Origin: Betaproteobacteria bacterium
GTDB taxonomy: Bacteria > Pseudomonadota > Gammaproteobacteria > Burkholderiales > SG8-41
Assembly (NCBI GenBank): GCA_028292435.1
Contig: JAQGMI010000111.1
Span: 5,489-69,488 of the forward strand
Direction: 5' to 3'
DNA: 64,000 nucleotides
Position 1 is the stretch's first letter; every line of letters starts with the position of its first letter. Under the pieces are notes generated by a model. The model saw only the letters and a program-made list of their open reading frames with translations. It was not told the origin of the DNA and did not search any database. Positions 1 through 8,237 of this stretch are shown in pieces. A program made the position numbers and the translations under genes.

Positions 1-485
1 ATGCGCAGGATTTGGGCATGGTCATCGCGCAAGTGCGCGCGCGCACGAAAGGCCCCGTGTGGATTGCCGGCCACAGCCGCGGCTCTCTGTCCGCCGCCAA
101 CGCCGCATCGCGCCTGACCGGCGAGGCCGCGCCGGATGGCGTGATTCTGCTTTCGGGCATGTATACAGGCGATCCGAAAGCACGCCGGCCATGGGCTGCA
201 CATTCGGTGTTTATGCTCGACCTTGAAGCAATCAAAATTCCCGTGCTCGTTGTCGGCCACGCCGCAGATGCCTGCATTCGATCGCTTCCGGATCAAATGA
301 TAAATGTTCTCGCCAGGACAAAAGGCAGCCGCCAGCAAATCGCGACGGTCACCGGCGGCGCGGTCGCGGTTGCCCGTACGCCTAATCTAGGCGCCTGCGA
401 AGTATTTGAGCCGCACGATTTCGTGCAGCAGGAAAACGAAGTTGCGGCGGGCCTGGCGAGATTCATGCGCGGCAGTCATTACTAG
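1..485 (+). CDS. alpha/beta hydrolase fold protein, C-terminal part (5' end lies outside the window)
   Basis: The frame of ORF 12..485 stays open back to base 3. It has a GHSRGS nucleophile elbow (G-x-S-x-G) and a later VVGHAADACI segment typical of dienelactone-hydrolase-like enzymes. Confidence 0.6.
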   Translation, partial: AQDLGMVIAQVRARTKGPVWIAGHSRGSLSAANAASRLTGEAAPDGVILLSGMYTGDPKARRPWAAHSVFMLDLEAIKIPVLVVGHAADACIRSLPDQMINVLARTKGSRQQIATVTGGAVAVARTPNLGACEVFEPHDFVQQENEVAAGLARFMRGSHY

Positions 486-578
486 GCGTTTCATTTCAGG
501 CCAGCCGGCGGTTCCAGCGCACAAGAACATGCACGTGATAAATTGGCGCTTGCGTACTTCATTATTGCAATCACGAAT

Positions 579-1037
579 ATGAAATCGGCAATCGGCCTTG
601 CTTCGATACTTATCGCGTCGTTCTGCGGCTGCCTGTTCACACCGGTTGCGGCCCAGATCGGCAACTCGCCGGGATTCGCTTTTCTCGCCGGCTTAGTCAC
701 GCTTCAAAGCATGCCGGATCCCGCCAGCATGATGGATATCGCCATTCCCGCCGTGGATCCGGACCAGCCGCCGGCGATCGCGAATCTGATGGTTTGTAAA
801 AAGCCACCGCTCGACGAACAAAATTTTCGCCGCTTGATGTCGACCGCGAAACCGATTGCTGCGAACCACCCGAGTATCGTCGCCTGGCATTATTCGCCGT
901 GGTGCAGGGTCGCGTTCACCACGCGGGCGGGTAAAAATATCGTGCAACTGTTTCTTGGAGGCCGCGGCGTTCTGACCCAACCCAACGGTGAACGCGGCAT
1001 GTTTCAGTATGCGCATCCTCAGGTGGCGATGCGATGA
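579..1037 (+). CDS. hypothetical exported protein
   Basis: ORF 543..1037. The internal ATG at 579 gives MKSAIGLASILIASFCGCLFTPVAAQ, a plausible signal peptide. No family recognised. Confidence 0.45.
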   Translation: MKSAIGLASILIASFCGCLFTPVAAQIGNSPGFAFLAGLVTLQSMPDPASMMDIAIPAVDPDQPPAIANLMVCKKPPLDEQNFRRLMSTAKPIAANHPSIVAWHYSPWCRVAFTTRAGKNIVQLFLGGRGVLTQPNGERGMFQYAHPQVAMR

Positions 1038-1846
1038 ATCCGGCGATCGAGCCGCGCGAGCCGGTATTCGTCCGCATCGCGACCGGTCTGCTGTGGCTGC
1101 TGCTCGCGTTTGCCGTGGCACTCGCGCTTTTGCTCGCGTTTCAGGCTAAAAGCATCAATGTTCAAGGCGGCTGGGGCTGGCTCATGGCTGCCAGCGTGTT
1201 CATCGCAGTTGCCGTAGTTGTTTGCGCACTGTGCGCGCTATCGTCGGCGATTTCACTGGCAAAAGGCGAACCGCATCGCCGGCGATCGATTGCCTTTCTC
1301 ATCGTGTTCGGGGCCGTTGCATTCGCAGGCAAAGGAATCGCCGTCGGCGTCGTTGGCGGGCTCTATGCGAGCTATCAGGAATCGGCGGCGCGAGAAGCGG
1401 CGAAACCTGGCGCGACCCACAAGGAACCGGCGCTGCCGCCAAAGGTAATGGCAACTCCGGTGACTGCACTCGATCCCGCGTTGCTTGCGCATTTGCGTGA
1501 GCGCGGCTTTGAGCTAAAGCCGGTCGCGGCAGGCGATGACGGCCGGTTCGAATGGTTGCTTGCGAACATAGAAGCCGGGCCAGGCTGCGAGATATTGACG
1601 AGGATTGTTCAATTTGCACCGGGCACGTCGAACCAGGCGATGCGTGATCACATGACGCGAATCAACGCAGCATCGATGCTCAACGAGCAGGAAGGAATCG
1701 CGATGTTTTACCCGAGCGCGAGCTACAAGCCTGATCGCGGCGGCAACTGCGACGGCTGGATGGCAAAGTCGGCACAGATCGCAACGTCGCTGAGCGATGC
1801 CTTCCTTTCATACGGGCAGCCGGCGATTGCGGTCGCACCTCGCTAG
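1034..1846 (+). CDS. hypothetical membrane protein
   Basis: 270-aa ORF whose ATG overlaps the upstream stop (ATGA). The N-terminal half has several hydrophobic helices (LLWLLLAFAVALALLLAF, MAASVFIAVAVVVCALCAL, IAFLIVFGAVAFAG). The C-terminal soluble domain is unassigned. Confidence 0.55.
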   Translation: MNPAIEPREPVFVRIATGLLWLLLAFAVALALLLAFQAKSINVQGGWGWLMAASVFIAVAVVVCALCALSSAISLAKGEPHRRRSIAFLIVFGAVAFAGKGIAVGVVGGLYASYQESAAREAAKPGATHKEPALPPKVMATPVTALDPALLAHLRERGFELKPVAAGDDGRFEWLLANIEAGPGCEILTRIVQFAPGTSNQAMRDHMTRINAASMLNEQEGIAMFYPSASYKPDRGGNCDGWMAKSAQIATSLSDAFLSYGQPAIAVAPR

Positions 1847-1890
1847 GCGGGGTACACGAACGTTTAAAACGAAACGGCGTATCAACGCAG

Positions 1891-4449
1891 CTATTCGAGC
1901 TGGATGGTTTCTTCCGGTAAGAGGAGCGGTGCGAGATGCCGTCCGGTCCGGCTATCCGGCGACTTGACGATTGAGGACGGCGGTCCTTCCACAACGATGC
2001 GCCCGCCTTCATCACCCGCCCCGGGCCCCATGTCGATCACCCGATCGGAACGCGCGATGACGCGCATGTCGTGCTCGACGACGATGACCGTGTTGCCCGC
2101 ATCGACGAGCCCGTCAAGCTGCACCATCAGCCGGTCGACATCGGCCGGATGCAGGCCGGTGGTCGGTTCGTCGAGCACGTACAGCGAGTCGCCGCGCCCG
2201 ACCCGCTGCAATTCAGTGGCGAGCTTGATCCGCTGCGCCTCGCCGCCCGAGAGTTCGGTGGCGGGCTGGCCGAGGCGCACGTAACCCAGGCCTACTTCGC
2301 GCATCACTTCCAGTGAACGCCGCACGTTCGGCGCGTCGGCGAAAAATTCCCATGCGGCATCCACCGTCATGCCAAGCACTTCGGCGATGTTCTTGCCGCG
2401 GTACTGGACCTCGAGCGTTCTGGCATTGAAACGCGTGCCGTGGCAGGTCGGGCACGGCGAATAGACGCTCGGCATGAACAGCAGTTCAACCATCACGAAG
2501 CCCTCGCCTTCGCAGTGGGCGCAGCGGCCCTTGGCGACATTGAACGAGAAACGGCCGGGATCGTAGCGGCGTTCGCGCGCCGCCTGCGTACCCGCGAAGA
2601 TCCCGCGTACATGATCGAACAGTCCCGTGTACGTCGCCAGGTTCGACCGCGGCGTGCGCCCGATCGGTTTCTGGTCGACGCGAATCAATCGCCTGATCGA
2701 TGCCAGCCCGCCTTCGATGCGGCCTGCGGTGACAGGAAGGATCGCACGCTCGAGCGGCTCGATGTCGTCCGCGGTGGCCTCCGCCTCGTGACCCAGCGCC
2801 CGGCCGACGAGTTCGACCAGGACCTGGCTGACGAGTGTCGACTTGCCGGAGCCGGAGACGCCGGTGATCGAAGTCAGCACGCCGAGCGGGAAAGAGACAT
2901 CGAGGTTGTGGAGATTATTGCGGGTAATGCCTGCGAGCTTGAGCCACCCTTGCGGCACGCGCGGCGCGCGGGGCGGCAGGCACGGACCGCCGAAAAGATA
3001 GCGCGCGGTACTCGATGCCGCGACGGCGCTGAGACCGGCGGGTGCACCGCTGTAGAGAATCTCCCCGCCGTGCTCTCCCGCGGCCGGACCCACGTCGATA
3101 ATCCAGTCCGCGTGGCGGATGAGATCGATCTCATGTTCGACAACGAACAGCGAATTGCCCGATGCCTTCAGTTTTTCGAGGGCGCGCAGCAGCGCCACGG
3201 TATCGGCAGGGTGCAGGCCAGCCGACGGCTCGTCGAGCACGTAGACCACGCCGAAGAGATTGGAACGTACCTGCGTCGCCAGCCGCAGCCGCTGCAGTTC
3301 GCCCGGTGAAAGCGTCGGCGTGCTGCGCTCGAGCGTCAGGTAACCGAGGCCCAGATCGAGCATGATCGCAAGGCGCGCACAGATGTCGTCGGCTATGCGC
3401 CGCGTCACTTCCGCCCTTTCGGGATGCTCACGCTCGAGCGCGCGCAGCGAAGGCGCCTTCCCGGCGGCAAACGGATGGAAGATCTTGCCCAGCTGCTTTA
3501 ACGGTACGCGTGACATTTCGGCGATGTCCAGTCCCGCGAATTTCACGGACAGCGCTTCGCGCCGCAGCCGCTTGCCTTTGCACTCAAGGCACGGCGCGCC
3601 GATCATGTACTGCGCGACCCGGCGCTTCATCATCGCGCTTTGCGTGGTGGCGAACGAGTGCAGCACGTGCCGGCGTGCGCTGCTGAAGGTACCCATGTAG
3701 CTCGGCTCTTCCTTGCGCCGCAAAGCCTGTCGCGTTTGCTTCAGATCATAGCCGGCGTATACCGGCACGCGCGGCTGCTCGTCGGTGAACAGAATCCAGT
3801 CGCGAGTCTGCCTGGGCAAATCGCGCCACGGCACATCGACGTCGATTCCGCGCGTCGTCAGAATGTCGCGCAGGTTTTGCCCCTGCCACGCCAAAGGCCA
3901 CGCGGCAACGGCACGCTCGCGAATCGTCAACGGCGGATCGGGCACCATCGACTTTTCGGTGACTTCATAGACGCTGCCCAAACCATGACACTTCGGACAC
4001 GCCCCCTCCGGCGTGTTTGGCGAGAACGATTCGGCGTAGAGGAGCGGCTGCCCGCGCGGATAGTCGCCGGCGCGCGAGTACAGCATGCGCAGCAAGTTGG
4101 AGAGCGTGGTCACGCTGCCGACCGACGAACGCGTGGTGGGCGTGCCGCGCTGCTGCTGAAGCGCGACCGCGGGCGGCAGTCCATCGATCTCGTCGAACTC
4201 CGGCGCGCCGATCTGATGAAAGAGCCGGCGTGCGTACGGAGCGACTGATTCGAGATAGCGCCGCTGCGCTTCGGCGTACAACGTGCCGAATGCCAGCGAC
4301 GACTTGCCGGATCCCGATACGCCGGTAAAGACCACCAGCGCATCTCTCGGGATATCGACCGAGACATCTTTCAGGTTGTGCTCGCGCGCGCCGCGCACCC
4401 GGACAAAGCCGGCGATTCTCGGCGATACAGATTGCGGAACGTCCGGCAT
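1891..4449 (-). CDS. UvrA-like excinuclease ABC subunit A paralogue (class II type, lacks UvrB-binding domain)
   Basis: UvrA-type N-terminus VRGAREHNLKDV. There are two Walker A motifs (GVSGSGKSS, GVSGSGKST), two ABC signatures (LSPGELQR, LSGGEAQR) and zinc-finger cysteines (CPKCHG, CAHCEG..CPTCHG). The stretch between the first Walker A and CPKCHG is too short to hold a UvrB-binding domain. The ORF ATG at 4503 is an alternative start. Confidence 0.85.
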   Translation of the reverse strand: MPDVPQSVSPRIAGFVRVRGAREHNLKDVSVDIPRDALVVFTGVSGSGKSSLAFGTLYAEAQRRYLESVAPYARRLFHQIGAPEFDEIDGLPPAVALQQQRGTPTTRSSVGSVTTLSNLLRMLYSRAGDYPRGQPLLYAESFSPNTPEGACPKCHGLGSVYEVTEKSMVPDPPLTIRERAVAAWPLAWQGQNLRDILTTRGIDVDVPWRDLPRQTRDWILFTDEQPRVPVYAGYDLKQTRQALRRKEEPSYMGTFSSARRHVLHSFATTQSAMMKRRVAQYMIGAPCLECKGKRLRREALSVKFAGLDIAEMSRVPLKQLGKIFHPFAAGKAPSLRALEREHPERAEVTRRIADDICARLAIMLDLGLGYLTLERSTPTLSPGELQRLRLATQVRSNLFGVVYVLDEPSAGLHPADTVALLRALEKLKASGNSLFVVEHEIDLIRHADWIIDVGPAAGEHGGEILYSGAPAGLSAVAASSTARYLFGGPCLPPRAPRVPQGWLKLAGITRNNLHNLDVSFPLGVLTSITGVSGSGKSTLVSQVLVELVGRALGHEAEATADDIEPLERAILPVTAGRIEGGLASIRRLIRVDQKPIGRTPRSNLATYTGLFDHVRGIFAGTQAARERRYDPGRFSFNVAKGRCAHCEGEGFVMVELLFMPSVYSPCPTCHGTRFNARTLEVQYRGKNIAEVLGMTVDAAWEFFADAPNVRRSLEVMREVGLGYVRLGQPATELSGGEAQRIKLATELQRVGRGDSLYVLDEPTTGLHPADVDRLMVQLDGLVDAGNTVIVVEHDMRVIARSDRVIDMGPGAGDEGGRIVVEGPPSSIVKSPDSRTGRHLAPLLLPEETIQLE

Positions 4450-4662
4450 GATAAAAAGACGCGCGCAAGGCGCTGGCGGCAACCTTTCGAGGCGTTTCGC
4501 CATTTTTCCGGCACTGAATGTCTATGCTTACCGATTGGCGCTTGCTGACGTTACACTAGAGTGTTGCGTGCGCCAACAGCGGTACCTTGCGCGTCGAGGT
4601 GTCCGCTGTGGTCCTACGCCGGCGGCGCCAAGCCCGTCGGTCCTGCGCAAGCCCCCGAAAGT

Positions 4663-6003
4663 TTAAACCGCCTCGCGCATATTCGAGACGGTCTCAATCG
4701 CGCTTAATCGTTCGAACAGCGCATCCGCCTTATCGCCCAACACGCTCTTCGTGATCGTCGTAAATTTCTCGCGCAATTGATCATGGTTTAACGGCTGCTG
4801 GGGCATGCCTGGAAAATGCGGCAGGTCGAGCGTGTATTCCCTGCCGTCCTTTAATTTCACGATCACGCGGCTCGCGAGCGGATTGTTTTTGACGGCGTCC
4901 TTGCGCACCATGACTTTTACGTTGCGGCACAGCGCGCGGATTTTTGCGTCGTTGCGCGACTCTTCGGAAAATGAATCGGGATCGCGCGGATTGCGATAAA
5001 AAGAAAGCGCGACATTGAACGGCGCGCTGTACTGCGCCATCGTCATATCGCTGGGCTCTAAAATATTGTGATGACTGAACATCTTCTCGCTGCCTTCGAT
5101 AATGATGGCTGCGATGTCGTCGCCGTTGATCTTGTGCTTCTCCTTGAGCTCGAGCGCCGCGGTAACCGGCACGTGCGAGGTGATGTGGCAGGCATAGCGC
5201 TTGAACGTGAGCGTCAACATTTTCCACGCTTCGCCGAGGCCGGCGGTCAATCGCGCCGCATCGCCCTCGTGGCAGAACACATTCATGTAGCCGAATTTGC
5301 CTTCGAGCACCGTGGCAGGTCCGCTGAAACCGCCTTTCGCCAGCGTCGCGGCCAGTACTCCGGACTCCGCCGCACGTCCCAGGTGCAGGCGTTTGACCAT
5401 GCCACCGCCGGACTTCGAAAACTCGAGCAATCCGCTGCCGAGCGAACCCGCGATGCCGAGCGCCATTGTCATTTCATCCGGCGTGAGCTTAAGCAGTCGC
5501 CCGGCGATTACAGCGCCGCCGAACGCGCCGGTCACGCCCGGCGCATGAAAACCGATATGCTCGGTCGATTGCTTCGAGGCGTCGCCGATGCGGTGCATCA
5601 CTTCGCCGCCCGCCACCACGGCAGTCAAAAATTCTTTCCCGGTCGCGCCGACTTCCTGCGCAATCGCGAGTCCGGGCGCGGTGAGCGAAGCACCCGGATG
5701 CACGCCGGCGCTCGGTTGCACGAGGCAATCCATTTCGAAAGCATGCGCGAGCGCGCCGTTCGCGAGCGCCGCCATGGGCGCATGCACCTTGCGTCCGGTG
5801 CCGAGGATGGTGCTCTGCCCCCCTTTGCCGTACTGCTCGGCATAGCCGATGACGATTTTGCTCCACGGCAGCGTTGAACCATACGTGCACGCGCCGACGG
5901 TGTCGATTACGCACGCCTTCGCGCGTTCGATCACGTCGCCCGGAATGCTTTCGTACTGGAGGCTGGTGGCAAATTGGGCGAGGGTCTGCGCTGCGGTCGT
6001 CAT
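4663..6003 (-). CDS. MmgE/PrpD family protein (2-methylcitrate dehydratase-like fold, substrate unknown)
   Basis: 446 aa. The N-terminus LAQFATSLQYESIPGDVIERAKACVIDTVGACTYG and the overall layout are typical of MmgE/PrpD proteins. It is more divergent from PrpD than the copy at 49313..50737. Confidence 0.85.
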   Translation of the reverse strand: MTTAAQTLAQFATSLQYESIPGDVIERAKACVIDTVGACTYGSTLPWSKIVIGYAEQYGKGGQSTILGTGRKVHAPMAALANGALAHAFEMDCLVQPSAGVHPGASLTAPGLAIAQEVGATGKEFLTAVVAGGEVMHRIGDASKQSTEHIGFHAPGVTGAFGGAVIAGRLLKLTPDEMTMALGIAGSLGSGLLEFSKSGGGMVKRLHLGRAAESGVLAATLAKGGFSGPATVLEGKFGYMNVFCHEGDAARLTAGLGEAWKMLTLTFKRYACHITSHVPVTAALELKEKHKINGDDIAAIIIEGSEKMFSHHNILEPSDMTMAQYSAPFNVALSFYRNPRDPDSFSEESRNDAKIRALCRNVKVMVRKDAVKNNPLASRVIVKLKDGREYTLDLPHFPGMPQQPLNHDQLREKFTTITKSVLGDKADALFERLSAIETVSNMREAV

Positions 6004-6045
6004 GGTCTTAAGTGCTTTCCAAAGTTGAATTGAAACGGTGGTGAA

Positions 6046-6342
6046 TCATTTGCCGCAGAGTTCCACGGCACGCTGCTTTGCATAAGTGAGCGCGTTAAAC
6101 CCTAGGCCGCTCAGCGTTTTGTCGTCGGAGCGAAAAATGCAGGGCAACTCGCCGTACGACTGGAATTTCTCGAACAGCGCCGTGCCCGCCATGCCGTCCG
6201 TGTGTTCGCGCAGGAGCGCGCTGTCGATGGTGCGTTTTGACGCCGCGATTGCGGCTTCCAGCGACTCAAAGTCGCCGATATGCCGCAACGCCTGCTCGGC
6301 GTTGTCCGCCTTGCTGTAAGCCTCTACGTAAAATGTGGTCAT
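6046..6342 (-). CDS. hypothetical small protein (98 aa)
   Basis: Clean ORF on the same strand, lying between the DUF4387 gene and the MmgE/PrpD gene. No family recognised. Confidence 0.5.
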   Translation of the reverse strand: MTTFYVEAYSKADNAEQALRHIGDFESLEAAIAASKRTIDSALLREHTDGMAGTALFEKFQSYGELPCIFRSDDKTLSGLGFNALTYAKQRAVELCGK

Positions 6343-6413
6343 TTCCCCTCCATTGAAGTGAATGGAAACGAAAGTCTAGTCCGCGAACATCGAAAATTCG
6401 AGGGAAAAGTTCT

Positions 6414-6725
6414 CTAAGCCGGCACTTCGATATCGACGAGCGGCCCGTACTGCTGCCCGCCATAAACGTCGGTATCGTTGATGTCGCCGGAGATCGTCGG
6501 CCGCGGAATGGTGATCTTGATCGCACTGGCGGCGTCATAATTGATGATAGTGACCACTTCCGGCGTCAGGCGATAGGTCTTCGCAAACCAGGCCGCATTG
6601 ATGGTTTTTGCGTCGCGCACCTTCTCGTACATGGCATGCTCCTTGAAGATCACGTCGAACGTGAGTTCAAAGGGACCGGCGTTCTTGCTGCGAATCAGTT
6701 TGGTGACTTGCCAGAGTTTTTGCAT
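6414..6725 (-). CDS. DUF4387 domain protein
   Basis: The internal ATG at 6725 lies 3 nt after the upstream gene's stop. The hallmark LIRSKNAGPFELTFDVIF and the ending DTDVYGGQQYGPLVDIEV match the DUF4387 family as I recall it. Confidence 0.75.
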   Translation of the reverse strand: MQKLWQVTKLIRSKNAGPFELTFDVIFKEHAMYEKVRDAKTINAAWFAKTYRLTPEVVTIINYDAASAIKITIPRPTISGDINDTDVYGGQQYGPLVDIEVPA

Positions 6726-6727
6726 GG

Positions 6728-8095
6728 TCACAGTTTCTCGTAATCGATTTTGAACATCTCGAGCGGCGACGCCGGTTCGACGACGTGATTCATGTTGAAG
6801 CGATAACTGGCGCCGCGCGTAATCTCCGCCGGCGAGTACGGGAAAGCGATCGAGGTAATCAACCCGGTCCATTCCGGCACCGGGTAATGTACTGCCATGT
6901 GACTCACTGATTTCATGATGGCCGTCGCGAGATCCTGCGTATCGGCGGTGGTCTGGAACAAAAGCCCCACTTCGTGCCCTATCGTGCGCTCGCTTTCAAG
7001 TGGGCCCATCGTGGCATCACGGCCGAACACGCGGATCTGAAATTCATACTTGCTTTCAATATCGGCGCCGAACACGGCAATCAGCCGATCGCGGATTGCT
7101 TTCTCCATGCCGGCGAGCCACGAATCGAGCTGACGCAGAATGATCGGGTCGCGCACGCTGCCGACGATAATGCTCTGATAACCTGCGAGCTCGGCGCCTT
7201 CGAGCTTGATGGTATAGCGCTCGGAAGTTTTGAATGTGCTGCCCGAGACTTTCACCGCGCGGTCCGACAGCGCTTCGTACTTTGCCGAAAACGTATTCAG
7301 CACGCCCGACGGCTCGATCAATTCATAGGGCGTCGCGTTTTCATAGAGATTGTGCGAAGCGACGCTCGCGGGATCGCAGCGATACTCGGGATTCGGCGGC
7401 TCGACGATGAAGTGATCGTTGGTGAGCCGCACGAACAGGCAGTCCGGGTATTTCCGCTGCACGACGCAGGCGGCGCCGCACTCCAGGATCTTGGCGGCGT
7501 GCCACACGGTCGCCGGATTGAAGCCTTTCATGACCGGCATCGCCGAATAAATCGAGGTATCGCTCGAGCGGCCGGCGATGATGACGTCGGCGCCATTTTG
7601 CAGCGCTTCGATATACGGCTCGATGCCGCACATGCCGACGATGTGCACGCTGCGATCGATCACCGCTTCATCGAATTTCGGCGCGTTCGCGAGCGGCGTA
7701 ATTTTGCCTTCCTTGAGCTTGCGCTTGAGATAGGCCTTGTCCTGCTCCGAGTGGATCGCCGCCAGCTTGAAACTCAGCTTCTCCTCGCGTGCGATCTCGC
7801 GCACGATGCCGACCAGCCGCGCAAGCTGCTCGTCGTTGCCCGCGGTGCATGCGCTGCCGACCATCACGGGAATTTTTGCTGCACGGGCGGCGAGTATCAT
7901 CAACCGCAAATCGCGCTTGTTCGCTTTGTCCGAAAAATTAGCGTCGCTCGAACCCAGGTAATAAGGCCCGGGATCGGTCGAACCGGAGTCGGCGCCAATG
8001 AAATCGGGCTTCAACGTCATTGCGTGCTTCAAAGTCTCTTCGCGGAAGCCGGAACCGAGAATGCCGGTGGCCGACAAAATACGTATTTCGTTCAT
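6728..8095 (-). CDS. conserved protein, probably acyclic terpene utilisation AtuA/DUF1446 family
   Basis: 455-aa ORF immediately upstream of DUF4387, which is the usual partner arrangement for AtuA-like proteins. The family assignment comes from that context and the size, not from a verified motif. Confidence 0.6.
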   Translation of the reverse strand: MNEIRILSATGILGSGFREETLKHAMTLKPDFIGADSGSTDPGPYYLGSSDANFSDKANKRDLRLMILAARAAKIPVMVGSACTAGNDEQLARLVGIVREIAREEKLSFKLAAIHSEQDKAYLKRKLKEGKITPLANAPKFDEAVIDRSVHIVGMCGIEPYIEALQNGADVIIAGRSSDTSIYSAMPVMKGFNPATVWHAAKILECGAACVVQRKYPDCLFVRLTNDHFIVEPPNPEYRCDPASVASHNLYENATPYELIEPSGVLNTFSAKYEALSDRAVKVSGSTFKTSERYTIKLEGAELAGYQSIIVGSVRDPIILRQLDSWLAGMEKAIRDRLIAVFGADIESKYEFQIRVFGRDATMGPLESERTIGHEVGLLFQTTADTQDLATAIMKSVSHMAVHYPVPEWTGLITSIAFPYSPAEITRGASYRFNMNHVVEPASPLEMFKIDYEKL

Positions 8096-8237
8096 TGCTG
8101 TGTTTTCCGTTTGGACGTCGGGGAAATGCAGATGCAGAGTCGAGAATCGACCCGTGGCGGACCTGTAGTTTACTCGATCGCGTCGTCGGCGCTCAGGCGC
8201 AGAGAATGCTTAACTGCAGAGTGCTGCGGCTTGCGAC

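Noticed and set aside
4450-4662. LexA (SOS) box upstream of the UvrA paralogue
   Set aside because: I found no CTGT-N8-ACAG-type palindrome on reading either strand, so no SOS regulation is claimed.
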